From Flavobacteriales bacterium (lineage in GTDB: Bacteria; Bacteroidota; Bacteroidia; Flavobacteriales_F; PHOS-HE28): a stretch of 64,000 bases of DNA. Below the pieces are notes generated by a model. That model ran no database searches, was not told the origin of the DNA, and saw nothing but the letters and a program-made list of their open reading frames with translations. Shown here piece after piece: positions 1-8,163 of this stretch. The stretch is from the NCBI GenBank assembly GCA_016788485.1, contig JAEUSV010000091.1, positions 138 through 64,137 of the forward strand, given 5' to 3'. A program made the position numbers and the translations under genes. The first letter of the stretch is position 1, and the number at the start of each line of letters is the position of its first letter.

Positions 1-988
1 CGCCATGAGCCTGAGGCCCGTGGCCGAGCACCTGGGCACGCTCCTCGGCAAGCCCGTGGTCTTCGCCACCGATTGCGTGGGCCCGGATGCCAAGGCCAAG
101 GCCGCGGCGCTGAAGCCCGGCGAGGTGCTGGTGCTGGAGAACCTGCGCTTCCACCCTGAGGAGGAGGGCGGCGACGAGGCCTTCAGCAAGAGCCTGAGCG
201 AGCTGGGTGATGTGTACGTGAACGACGCCTTCGGCACGGCCCACCGCGCCCACGCCAGCACCACCATCGTGGCCAGGTTCTTCCCCACCGCCAAGCTGTT
301 CGGCTACCTCATGCAGGCCGAGATCGACAGCGTGGGCAAGGTGCTGGGGGACCCGCAGCGCCCCATGACCGCCATCGTGGGCGGCAGCAAGGTGAGCAGC
401 AAGATCGAGGTGCTGCAGAACCTCATCGGCAAGTGTGATGAGCTCATCATCGGCGGCGGCATGGCCAACACCTTCGTGAAGGCCATGGGCGGCCAGACCG
501 GCGCCAGCCTCGTGGAGGACGACCTGCTCGACACCGCGCGCGGCATCATCAAGGAGGCCGAAGCGAAGGGCGTGAAGCTCCATATCCCGACCGACGCTGT
601 GGTGGCCGATGCCTTCGCCGAGACCGCCAACACCGACCAGTGCGCGGCCAACGCCGTGCCCGACGGCTGGATGGCCCTGGACATCGGTCCGAAGAGCATC
701 GAGGCCTGCCGCGCCGCCATCCTTCGCAGCAAGACGCTGCTGTGGAACGGCCCCATGGGCGTGTTCGAGATGAAGCCCTTCCAGCAGGGCACCATCGCGA
801 TCGCGCAGGCCGTGGCCGAGGCCACCGGCAAGGGCGCCTTCAGCCTGGTCGGCGGTGGCGACAGTGTGGCCGCGGTGAACCAGTTCGGCCTGGCCGACAA
901 GATCAGCTACGTGAGCACCGGGGGCGGGGCCATGCTGGAGTACCTGGAAGGCAGGGTGCTGCCGGGGATCGCCGCGGTGCAGGGTTGA
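1..988 (+). CDS. pgk: phosphoglycerate kinase, 5'-truncated by the window edge
   Basis: The translation of ORF 5..988 carries PGK hallmarks ([49 protein letters not shown]). The frame stays open to the window start. Confidence 0.95.
   Translation, partial: AMSLRPVAEHLGTLLGKPVVFATDCVGPDAKAKAAALKPGEVLVLENLRFHPEEEGGDEAFSKSLSELGDVYVNDAFGTAHRAHASTTIVARFFPTAKLFGYLMQAEIDSVGKVLGDPQRPMTAIVGGSKVSSKIEVLQNLIGKCDELIIGGGMANTFVKAMGGQTGASLVEDDLLDTARGIIKEAEAKGVKLHIPTDAVVADAFAETANTDQCAANAVPDGWMALDIGPKSIEACRAAILRSKTLLWNGPMGVFEMKPFQQGTIAIAQAVAEATGKGAFSLVGGGDSVAAVNQFGLADKISYVSTGGGAMLEYLEGRVLPGIAAVQG
974..988 (+). repeat. 15-bp direct repeat copy 1 (GCGGTGCAGGGTTGA), includes the pgk stop codon
   Basis: An identical 15-mer recurs at 1568..1582, immediately after the PIN-toxin gene. 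Confidence 0.8.
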
Positions 989-1002
989 ACCCGTTCCCGG
1001 TG

Positions 1003-1010
1003 TAGCTTTG
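1003..1010 (+). promoter_or_regulatory. candidate Bacteroidota-type -7 box (TAGCTTTG)
   Basis: Matches the TAnnTTTG consensus. It lies 19 nt upstream of the ATG at 1030. Confidence 0.35.
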
Positions 1011-1029
1011 GGAAACGCCACGGTAAACC

Positions 1030-1203
1030 ATGACCACGATCCTCAAACGCAGCACTACGCGCAAGCAATTGGCCGCGCTGCTGAAAGCCAAGCGGCGCAA
1101 GCGTAAAGGCAAGGGGGTGGACGTGAAGAGCTTCGCAGGCAAGCTGAAACTGGCAGGAGACCCACTGGAGATCCAGAAGCGGATGCGCGATGGATGGAAG
1201 TAG
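1030..1203 (+). CDS. 57-aa putative antitoxin, absent from the ORF track because it is under 60 aa
   Basis: Hand translation gives MTTILKRSTTRKQLAALLKAKRRKRKGKGVDVKSFAGKLKLAGDPLEIQKRMRDGWK. The stop TAG is at 1201-1203. It overlaps the PIN gene start (1190) by 14 nt, the classic type II TA arrangement. Confidence 0.6.
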   Translation: MTTILKRSTTRKQLAALLKAKRRKRKGKGVDVKSFAGKLKLAGDPLEIQKRMRDGWK

Positions 1204-1564
1204 GCTGCTGGTCGATACCAACATCATCCTCTACGCACTGAAGGGGGATGAGGAGTTGACCGAGCTGATCCACGACCAGGACCTCTACATCTCGTTCATC
1301 ACGCGGATCGAACTGCTCAGCTTCCCGAAGATCGATGTGGATGGCATCAAGCTGATCGAGCGCTTCCTGGAACAAGTGCCCGTGGTAGAAAGCAATCCCG
1401 TGATCAACGCGGATGCGATCGCGCTGCGGCGCAAGAGCGGGTTGGAGGTGCCCGATGCGGTCATTGCCGCCAGCGCCCGCTTCATTGGCGGTCGCCTGCT
1501 CACCGCCGACAAGGACTTCCAGAAGGTTGAGGAGGAGATAGAGCTGTTGTTGTGGAAGCGCTGA
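1190..1564 (+). CDS. vapC: PIN-domain ribonuclease toxin (VapC-like)
   Basis: 124 aa. It has an N-terminal LLVDTNIILY with an acidic Asp, an internal ITRIELL, and a C-terminal LLTADKDF, the typical PIN acidic-residue pattern. Confidence 0.8.
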   Translation: MDGSRLLVDTNIILYALKGDEELTELIHDQDLYISFITRIELLSFPKIDVDGIKLIERFLEQVPVVESNPVINADAIALRRKSGLEVPDAVIAASARFIGGRLLTADKDFQKVEEEIELLLWKR

Positions 1565-1567
1565 GCG

Positions 1568-1582
1568 GCGGTGCAGGGTTGA
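1568..1582 (+). repeat. 15-bp direct repeat copy 2 (GCGGTGCAGGGTTGA)
   Basis: Identical to 974..988 and located 594 bp from it. Confidence 0.8.
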
Positions 1583-1729
1583 CCGCCGCGGCGCGGTGCC
1601 TGGGTTTCCGAGCGACCCCGAGGCAGCGCCGGCCCTGCTCTCGCCCGGCACTTTTCCCCTGCGGTCTGGCACCTGCCATGCCGGAAGCCTGGAGCTGATC
1701 CGCCTTGGGCCGGATGTCTTGTGCCCCGT

Positions 1730-2974
1730 TCACTCTACCACCACCGTCTGGCTCACGCGCTGGCCATCGTGGTCAACCTGCAGCGTGTAGCTGCCCTTGG
1801 CAAAGGCAGACAGGTCCAACGTGCGCTGGGTGCGGCTGCCGGAGGCGGTGAAGACCTCGTTGTGTACCAGAGCACCACGCGCATCGAACACCTGCATGCC
1901 CACAAGCCCGGTGAGCTCCAGCTCCACGGTGAACTGGCCGCGGTTGGGGTTGGGGAACACGCGGACGCCGCCGGTAGCCATGTGGCTGCCACCTACGCCC
2001 ACATTGGCAGTGACCTCAGTGCACAGACCGGCCGTGTTGATGCAGTTGTTGCCATCCAAGTAACTGTATGTGATCGAGTGCGCACCCAGACCCGCCCCGG
2101 CCGGATCGAAGGTGCTGCCTGTGACGCCCGGGCCGATGAAGACACCGCCAGCCGGATTGCCAACGAGCGTGACCGGCGCATCTGCCAGCGTGTAGCTGCT
2201 ACCAAGGCCGGTGAAGCTCACCGGATCGGGGCTGATGCAGGGGGTCTGCGGCTGAGCGCTGTAGAGGGCCTGGACCTCTGCTGGGGTGAGAGCACGGTTC
2301 CAAATGCCGATATCATCCAGAGTCCCATGGTAAAATGCACTATTTGATCCGGCAAATGGTCTTGCGCCAATCCACATCGGTAAATTATTACTGCTCAATC
2401 CACCAATAACACTTGATGCGGATACAGCAACTCCATTTATGTAAAGTTTGGCGGAATTGTTATCGTGTGTATATACTGCATGGACCCATGCATTGGTAAC
2501 GAGATCAGAATTAGAGTTATAGCTCACCCATCCATTGCTTCCAATAGTATACGTTGCCCATATTCCATTAACTGGAGTGGTTGATTCAAGAGCCAATTGA
2601 AAGCTTTGACCCCATCCGCTAGTTTCTCTTTTACTCACAATATGACCTTGATTTAACTGGCTGGACAATCCATAATCAAAACAATTATACCATGCCGATA
2701 TAGTTACGTTCTGTACATCCAGAGATGGTGAATCATCAATTGATATATAATTATCAATTCCATTAAATAAATATGCAGATCCTGAGTTTCCAAAGCGATC
2801 ATCTGTCAAGGTTGCGGCATTCACGGTGCCATTATTTCCATTCCCGCTCTCGTCATTGGCATTGCCGTTGAATGGCCACCAGCCTACAAGGCCATTGCTA
2901 GGGACGTAAGATGGAACCTGGGCCTGAAGCGTGAGCGCGGTGAAAAGGGTGAGGGTGGACAGAAGGTGACGCAT
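1730..2974 (-). CDS. secreted LamG/concanavalin-A-like lectin-domain protein with a T9SS C-terminal sorting domain
   Basis: It has an N-terminal signal peptide (MRHLLSTLTLFTALTLQAQ). The LamG-like core carries LDDIGIWNRALTPAEV. The C-terminus (VFPNPNRGQFTVELE...GSYTLQV) is typical of Por/T9SS CTDs. Confidence 0.8.
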   Translation of the reverse strand: MRHLLSTLTLFTALTLQAQVPSYVPSNGLVGWWPFNGNANDESGNGNNGTVNAATLTDDRFGNSGSAYLFNGIDNYISIDDSPSLDVQNVTISAWYNCFDYGLSSQLNQGHIVSKRETSGWGQSFQLALESTTPVNGIWATYTIGSNGWVSYNSNSDLVTNAWVHAVYTHDNNSAKLYINGVAVSASSVIGGLSSNNLPMWIGARPFAGSNSAFYHGTLDDIGIWNRALTPAEVQALYSAQPQTPCISPDPVSFTGLGSSYTLADAPVTLVGNPAGGVFIGPGVTGSTFDPAGAGLGAHSITYSYLDGNNCINTAGLCTEVTANVGVGGSHMATGGVRVFPNPNRGQFTVELELTGLVGMQVFDARGALVHNEVFTASGSRTQRTLDLSAFAKGSYTLQVDHDGQRVSQTVVVE

Positions 2975-3051
2975 GGTGCTGTCGGTTGAGGTGGTCGGTG
3001 AGACAGTAATGTGATGGTTGAGCGCGGTGGACGGTTCAGAGGCTATTCAAC

Positions 3052-3717
3052 CTATTTTCCGTATAACCAAGCTGGGCCGTAATCGATCGCCGCATGATCA
3101 GCGTAGCGTCCCGGGAATAGATCGAAGCTCTTTCCATAGGGGGTTCGATGAAATGCCTTGTCCATCCGCACCAGCCCGGCGTAATCCGGTCCGGGCACTT
3201 CGCCCAGCTCAAAGACCACGTCGAAGAGCTCGCGGGGATGAGCGTGCAGTTTGAATTCCTTCTGCTGCGCGGGTGTGAGGTCGTTCAGCATGGTCTGTAA
3301 CCAGCCTTTGGCATTGGCATGAGCCAGTACACGAGCGGCCTCGGCATCCGTAAGGCAGCGCACCTTGCGGATCACCGCCACCTGGTAGTAGCCGTCAGAA
3401 AGCTGGTTCGACGCTGGAGTCTTGCACGTGGGCAGCGTGTTGGCCTTGATGCAGATGCGCGTAATGAGCTGCAGCTCGGTAAAACTGCGGCCGGCATGCT
3501 TTTTCGCCTTCAGGGCTTGGATGTACCCGAACTGCCACAGGCCATCGCGGTGCGCGGGGTTGAAGAGCCACTCCTCGAAACCGAAACCATGCTTGCCTTC
3601 GAATAAGTCACCTTTCGGTGTCCTGCACTTCCCGCAAAACCCAGAAGGCTTCACCCAGCCATTGGCATTGGGAGTTATGCGGGTCCAAGGGCTTTGGGCA
3701 GGGACCGTCGTGCTCAT
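3052..3717 (-). CDS. hypothetical protein (221 aa), family not recognised
   Basis: Long ORF with no competing frame. The region has lower G+C than its surroundings. It contains GFGFEEWLFN and a single CxxC. Confidence 0.55.
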   Translation of the reverse strand: MSTTVPAQSPWTRITPNANGWVKPSGFCGKCRTPKGDLFEGKHGFGFEEWLFNPAHRDGLWQFGYIQALKAKKHAGRSFTELQLITRICIKANTLPTCKTPASNQLSDGYYQVAVIRKVRCLTDAEAARVLAHANAKGWLQTMLNDLTPAQQKEFKLHAHPRELFDVVFELGEVPGPDYAGLVRMDKAFHRTPYGKSFDLFPGRYADHAAIDYGPAWLYGK

Positions 3718-3808
3718 TTCCTCCGCGCTATGCCTACAATATTATCAATTATGCTTTAGTATCGAACCTGCGACACGCAGCGCACCCTGCTGGCTAGCAC
3801 ACCTTCAA

Positions 3809-4337
3809 ATGGAGCGACAGCGCGCACCAATAATCGCCCTCCACCCCATCACCCCCGCGGACATCACGCACATCCACCGCGGCCTCTCGCACCCGGAGGT
3901 GATCCGCTACTACGCCGTGCGCTTCATGACGCTGGAGGCCATCGGAGCAGATGGACTGGTACGCCACCATCGAGCGCGAAGGCACGGGGAAGTGGTGGGC
4001 GATCCGGTCGACGGAGGACAATGAGTTCCTCGGCGCCATCGGCATCAACTTCATCCATCCGGTTCATAAGCGCTGCGAGCTGGGCTACTGGCTGCTGCCG
4101 GAGCACTGGGGCAAGGGCATCATCCACGATGCGCTCGGCCACGTGCTCGACCACGCCTTCAACACCCTGGGGCTGCACCGGGTGATGGCCGAGGTGGAGC
4201 CGGAGAACATCGCAAGTGCACGGGTATTGCTGAAGCACGGATTCCATCGCGAAGGCACCCTGCACGAGTGCGAGCGCAAAGACGGTCGCTGTATCAGCCT
4301 GGACGTGTATGCTAAGTTGGCGCCCGAGCGGAACTGA
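3809..4337 (+). pseudogene. GNAT (RimJ/RimL-type) N-acetyltransferase interrupted by a frameshift near 3930-3950
   Basis: The N-terminal part (MERQRAPIIALHPITPADITHIHRGLSHPEVIRYYAVRFMTLEA) is in the frame of ORF 3422..4024. The remainder (..QMDWYATIEREGTGKWWAI...ELGYWLLPEHWGKGI...) is in the frame of ORF 3951..4337. Deleting one nt around 3941 joins them as ...MTLEASEQMDWY... Confidence 0.55.
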
Positions 4338-4461
4338 GCGCCAATGGCGTACCTTCGTGCGACCAAGGCCCAGGTACCGAACCCGCGCTTCCCCATCCCT
4401 CCGGATCCGGCAGCTCCTGTTCAGCACAGCACCGGCCGCGGCAGGAACCTAACCAAGCAGC

Positions 4462-4899
4462 ATGGCCGAGTCGTTCAACAAGCGCGAGAAAGAGAAGCGT
4501 CGTCAGCAGAAGCAGGAGGAGAAGGAACGCCGCAAGGCGGAACGCAAGGCGAACGCTCCGGGCGGTGGCTTGGACAACATGATCGCGTACGTGGACGAGT
4601 TCGGTCGCATCACCGACACGCCGCCCGACCCCACCAAGCGCCAGGAGATCAAGGCCGAGGACATCGAGATCGGCGTGCCCAAGCGCACGGCGGAGGAGGA
4701 GGATCCCACGCGCCGTGGTCGCATCGACCGCTTCGACGAGGACCGCGGCTTCGGCTTCATCCAGGAGGACGGCACGCGCGAGCGCTTCTTCGTGCACGTG
4801 AGCGAGATGATGGACGAGGTGAAGGTGGGCCAGGCCGTGATCTTCGAGGTGATGCGCGGCACCCGCGGCCTCAACGCCGTGAAAGTGCGCAAGGCGTAG
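4462..4899 (+). CDS. cold-shock-domain protein with a Lys/Glu/Arg-rich N-terminal extension
   Basis: The C-terminal third contains the CSD RNP motifs (RGFGFIQEDG...RFFVHVS). The N-terminal 90 aa are highly charged. Confidence 0.75.
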   Translation: MAESFNKREKEKRRQQKQEEKERRKAERKANAPGGGLDNMIAYVDEFGRITDTPPDPTKRQEIKAEDIEIGVPKRTAEEEDPTRRGRIDRFDEDRGFGFIQEDGTRERFFVHVSEMMDEVKVGQAVIFEVMRGTRGLNAVKVRKA

Positions 4900-4903
4900 G
4901 CCT

Positions 4904-5431
4904 TCAGTCGGCGGCGGCTTCCTGCACCTCCTTCTCCACGCGCTCCAGCGCCTGCTTCACCCATTTCGTTTCGCCCAGCGCGGGCACCAGCAGCGGTGCG
5001 AACGCGCGCACCGGCGCATAGAGCACCGAGCCTTCACGCGTATTGCGGTCCGGCGTCCACGAGGCCTCTTCCCTGGCGAAAAGGATGTTGAGCAGCACGC
5101 TCAGCACGAAGGCCTTGCGCACCACCGCGAAGGCCACGCCGGCCACCTTGTTCGGCAGGCTCAGCTGCGCCACGTCAATGGCCGTGGTGAGGGCGCGGCC
5201 CAAGAGGTTCACTGCGGCCAGCACCAGCAGGAAGGTCACCAGGAAGCTCACGGCCTCCTGGCCGGGGTCCAGGCCGAACCAGCCCGCCACCCTGTCGTTG
5301 AGGTGGATGCCCGCCCAGATGCCCGCCACCCAGGCCACCAGCGAGGCCAGCTCGCGCACGAAGCCGTGCAGGAAGCCCTGCACCACCGCGAAGGCGAGCA
5401 GCGCCAGCAACACCCAGTCCAGCCAGTTCAT
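4904..5431 (-). CDS. cvpA: CvpA-family membrane protein
   Basis: Starting at the internal ATG (5431) gives MNWLDWVLLALLAFAVVQGFLHGF..., a typical CvpA N-terminus with multiple TM segments. The 64 codons upstream in the ORF track look non-coding. Confidence 0.75.
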   Translation of the reverse strand: MNWLDWVLLALLAFAVVQGFLHGFVRELASLVAWVAGIWAGIHLNDRVAGWFGLDPGQEAVSFLVTFLLVLAAVNLLGRALTTAIDVAQLSLPNKVAGVAFAVVRKAFVLSVLLNILFAREEASWTPDRNTREGSVLYAPVRAFAPLLVPALGETKWVKQALERVEKEVQEAAAD

Positions 5432-5579
5432 GGATGTGAATGTGGGGAATGTGCGGCATGTGGCAATGCGGGCCGTCCGATGGCATCTTTGCGCCCCGCA
5501 GGAAGCCGAATTCTCCCCTTTCTCATTTCCACATACCCACCCCTTGGACCTCGCATTCGAAAAACGCTGGCGCGACCTC

Positions 5580-5873
5580 ATGAAGGACATGGAGCGGCGC
5601 TTCGACGCTCCGGTGGACCTCAACGGACTGATCTTCCTGGTGGGCGTTCAGGAGCTGGGGCAGCACGCCCGCGAGTTCAAGAAGGACGAGAAGGTGGCCC
5701 TGATGCACATCGCCATCTGCGTGCTGCTCACCCCCTACGGCTACTACAAGGAACTGGGGCGCGATGCCGACGGCTGGCCGCACTTCGAGCGGGTGAAGGA
5801 CCTGCCTCCCCTCAACGAGAAGGAGCAGGAACGGCTGATGAAGGAGGCGCTATTGGACTACTTCGAACGCTGA
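5580..5873 (+). CDS. hypothetical protein (about 97 aa); start uncertain
   Basis: This is the 3' part of ORF 5043..5873, which upstream is antisense to cvpA. A coding-looking segment begins at about MKDMERRFDAPVDLNGLIFLVGVQELG. A TTG at about 5544 is an alternative start. Confidence 0.5.
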   Translation: MKDMERRFDAPVDLNGLIFLVGVQELGQHAREFKKDEKVALMHIAICVLLTPYGYYKELGRDADGWPHFERVKDLPPLNEKEQERLMKEALLDYFER

Positions 5874-5940
5874 AGGTCCTATCGCACGTGCTGTGCCGAC
5901 CGGCACGGTCACGCACGAACAATGCTGTGGGAACAGCGGT

Positions 5941-6318
5941 CTACGGGGTCACCGGCACCAGCACCACGGTCTCCTCGTTGGTCTCTTCCTCGAGGATCTT
6001 GATGATGCCCTGGCCCACGGCGCTGTCCTTGAAGCTCACGATGTCGAGCACCGCGAAGCCGGCCTGGCCCTGCTTGTAGAAGTCGGTGTAATCGAAGGAA
6101 GCCCGGCCCTGTGCGTCCGTCATCTTCTCCTGGGTGAGCCGCGTGGGGTCGCCCAGGGGATAGGTGGGGTTGGCGTAGAGCTTCACATAGGCATTGGGCA
6201 CGATGAACCCATCCTCGTCCTGGATCGTGATGATCGCGGTGGTGGGCTTCTCCTTGTTGCAGGCCGCGAAGAGCGCAGCGGTGGCCACCAGGGTAAGCAG
6301 GCGGGCGGGAAGGCGCAT
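5941..6318 (-). CDS. small lipoprotein, function unknown
   Basis: The internal ATG gives MRLPARLLTLVATAALFAAC, a lipobox with Cys. A beta-rich body follows. Confidence 0.6.
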   Translation of the reverse strand: MRLPARLLTLVATAALFAACNKEKPTTAIITIQDEDGFIVPNAYVKLYANPTYPLGDPTRLTQEKMTDAQGRASFDYTDFYKQGQAGFAVLDIVSFKDSAVGQGIIKILEEETNEETVVLVPVTP

Positions 6319-6332
6319 CGGTCGGGTCGGAT

Positions 6333-6340
6333 TACTTTTG
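6333..6340 (+). promoter_or_regulatory. candidate -7 box (TACTTTTG)
   Basis: Matches TAnnTTTG, 13 nt upstream of the ATG at 6354. Confidence 0.4.
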
Positions 6341-6353
6341 GCAGCCTTGTTGC

Positions 6354-7094
6354 TTGGCCACCAGAGCTTCAAAGGTAACAAAGCCCATGACCCCCACGCA
6401 ACGCACCCTCTCACTTCTCGCCACCACCGTGGCATTCCTGACACTTCCCCTGCTCTCCTCCGCACAGGGCAAGGGTTCCGACAAGCGCCCCCGGGTGGAG
6501 ATCCGCACCGAGCTCGGCACCATGGTGGTGGAGCTCTACAACGAAACGCCCCAGCACCGCGACAACTTCCTGAAGCTGGTGAAGGAGCACACCTACGACA
6601 GCCTGCTCTGGCACCGGGTGATCCCGCAGTTCATGATCCAGGGCGGCGACCCCACCAGCAAGCACGCCAAGCCCGGCGAGCCCCTGGGCATGGGCGGCCC
6701 CGGTTACACCGTGCCGGCCGAGTTCAACAAGTCCTTCATCCACAAGAAAGGCGCCCTTTCGGCCGCGCGCCAGGGCGACCAGGTGAACCCCACCAAGTCC
6801 AGCAGCGGCAGCCAGTTCTACATCGTGCAGGGCAAGAGCTGGCAGGCGGCCGAGATCGACATGCTGGTGAAGCGCAAGCAGATGATGAACCCCGCCGGCG
6901 ACTACAGCTACACCCCCGAGCAGGTGGCCACCTACACCAGCGTGGGCGGCACCCCGCATCTGGACGGCGACTACACCGTGTTCGGTGAGGTGGTCCAGGG
7001 CCTGGAGGTGGTGGACAAGATCGCCGCCGTGCAGTGCGGCCAGGGCGACCGGCCCGTGCAGGACGTGCACATGTGGATGCGCATCGTGAAATGA
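6354..7094 (+). CDS. cyclophilin-type peptidyl-prolyl cis-trans isomerase, secreted
   Basis: Motifs: HRVIPQFMIQGGDP, SQFYIV, YTVFGEVVQGLEVVDKI. An N-terminal signal peptide is present. The alternative start is 6387. Confidence 0.9.
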   Translation: MATRASKVTKPMTPTQRTLSLLATTVAFLTLPLLSSAQGKGSDKRPRVEIRTELGTMVVELYNETPQHRDNFLKLVKEHTYDSLLWHRVIPQFMIQGGDPTSKHAKPGEPLGMGGPGYTVPAEFNKSFIHKKGALSAARQGDQVNPTKSSSGSQFYIVQGKSWQAAEIDMLVKRKQMMNPAGDYSYTPEQVATYTSVGGTPHLDGDYTVFGEVVQGLEVVDKIAAVQCGQGDRPVQDVHMWMRIVK

Positions 7095-8128
7095 GCCTCT
7101 CCGAACGCATCGCGGCCCTCGAGGAGGAAGTGCGCAACGCCGCGGCCCGCACGGCCGATGAGGTGGAGCGCTTCCGCGTGGCCATGCTCGGCCGCAACGG
7201 GGCCGTCACCGCCCTGTTCGACGACTTCAAGCAGGTGGCGGCCGAGGAGAAGCGCGCCCTGGGCCAGCGGCTCAACCAGCTGAAACAGAGCGCGCAGGCG
7301 CGCTGGGAGGAGCTGAAGCAGGCCTCCGAGACAGGTGCTGGCGGTGCCGTCCAGGAGGGCGATCCCACCCGCCCCGCGGCCATCGACGCGGCCGGCTCGC
7401 TGCACCCCATCACCCTTGTACGCCAGCGCATCGTGGACACCTTCGCCCGCATCGGCTTCACCGTGAGCCAGGGCCCCGAGGTGGAGGACGATCACCACAA
7501 CTTCAGCGCGCTCAACTTCCCACCGGACCACCCGGCCCGGGACATGCAGGACACCTTCTTCGTGGAGGGCGCCGGGCAGTATGCGCTGCGCACCCACACC
7601 AGCAGCGTACAGGTGCGCGTGATGGAGGGGTCCAAGCCGCCCATCCGCACCATCAGCCCCGGCCGGGTGTACCGCAACGAGGCCATCAGCGCCCGCGCCC
7701 ACTGCATGTTCCACCAGGTCGAGGGCCTGTACGTGGACAAGGGCGTGAGCTTCGCCGAGCTCAAGGGTACGCTCGATCACTTCGTGAAGAGCATGTTCGG
7801 CCCCGACGTGCGCATCCGCATGCGGCCGAGCTATTTCCCCTTCACCGAACCCAGCGCCGAGGTGGACATGAGCTGCACCATCTGTGGCGGCCCCGGCTGC
7901 ACGGTGTGCAAGCACAGCGGCTGGGTGGAGATCATGGGCTGTGGCATGGTGGACCCCGCGGTGCTCGCCAACTGCGGCATCGACCCCGAGGTGTACAGCG
8001 GCTACGCCTTCGGCATGGGCGTGGAGCGCATCGCCCAGCTCACCTACCGCGTGCCCGACCTGCGCCTCTACTGGGAGAACGACGTGCGCTTCCTGGAGCA
8101 GTTCCGGGCCGACGCGTTCCGCAGCTGA
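7091..8128 (+). CDS. pheS: phenylalanine--tRNA ligase alpha subunit
   Basis: Motifs: HPITLVRQRIVDTFARIGF, DTFF, FRPSYFPFTEPSAEVD, GCGMVDP, AFGMGVERIA. The ATG overlaps the upstream stop codon (ATGA). Confidence 0.95.
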   Translation: MSLSERIAALEEEVRNAAARTADEVERFRVAMLGRNGAVTALFDDFKQVAAEEKRALGQRLNQLKQSAQARWEELKQASETGAGGAVQEGDPTRPAAIDAAGSLHPITLVRQRIVDTFARIGFTVSQGPEVEDDHHNFSALNFPPDHPARDMQDTFFVEGAGQYALRTHTSSVQVRVMEGSKPPIRTISPGRVYRNEAISARAHCMFHQVEGLYVDKGVSFAELKGTLDHFVKSMFGPDVRIRMRPSYFPFTEPSAEVDMSCTICGGPGCTVCKHSGWVEIMGCGMVDPAVLANCGIDPEVYSGYAFGMGVERIAQLTYRVPDLRLYWENDVRFLEQFRADAFRS

Positions 8129-8163
8129 AGATCCGGCCGCCAAGGCACAACGATGCGAAGGGG

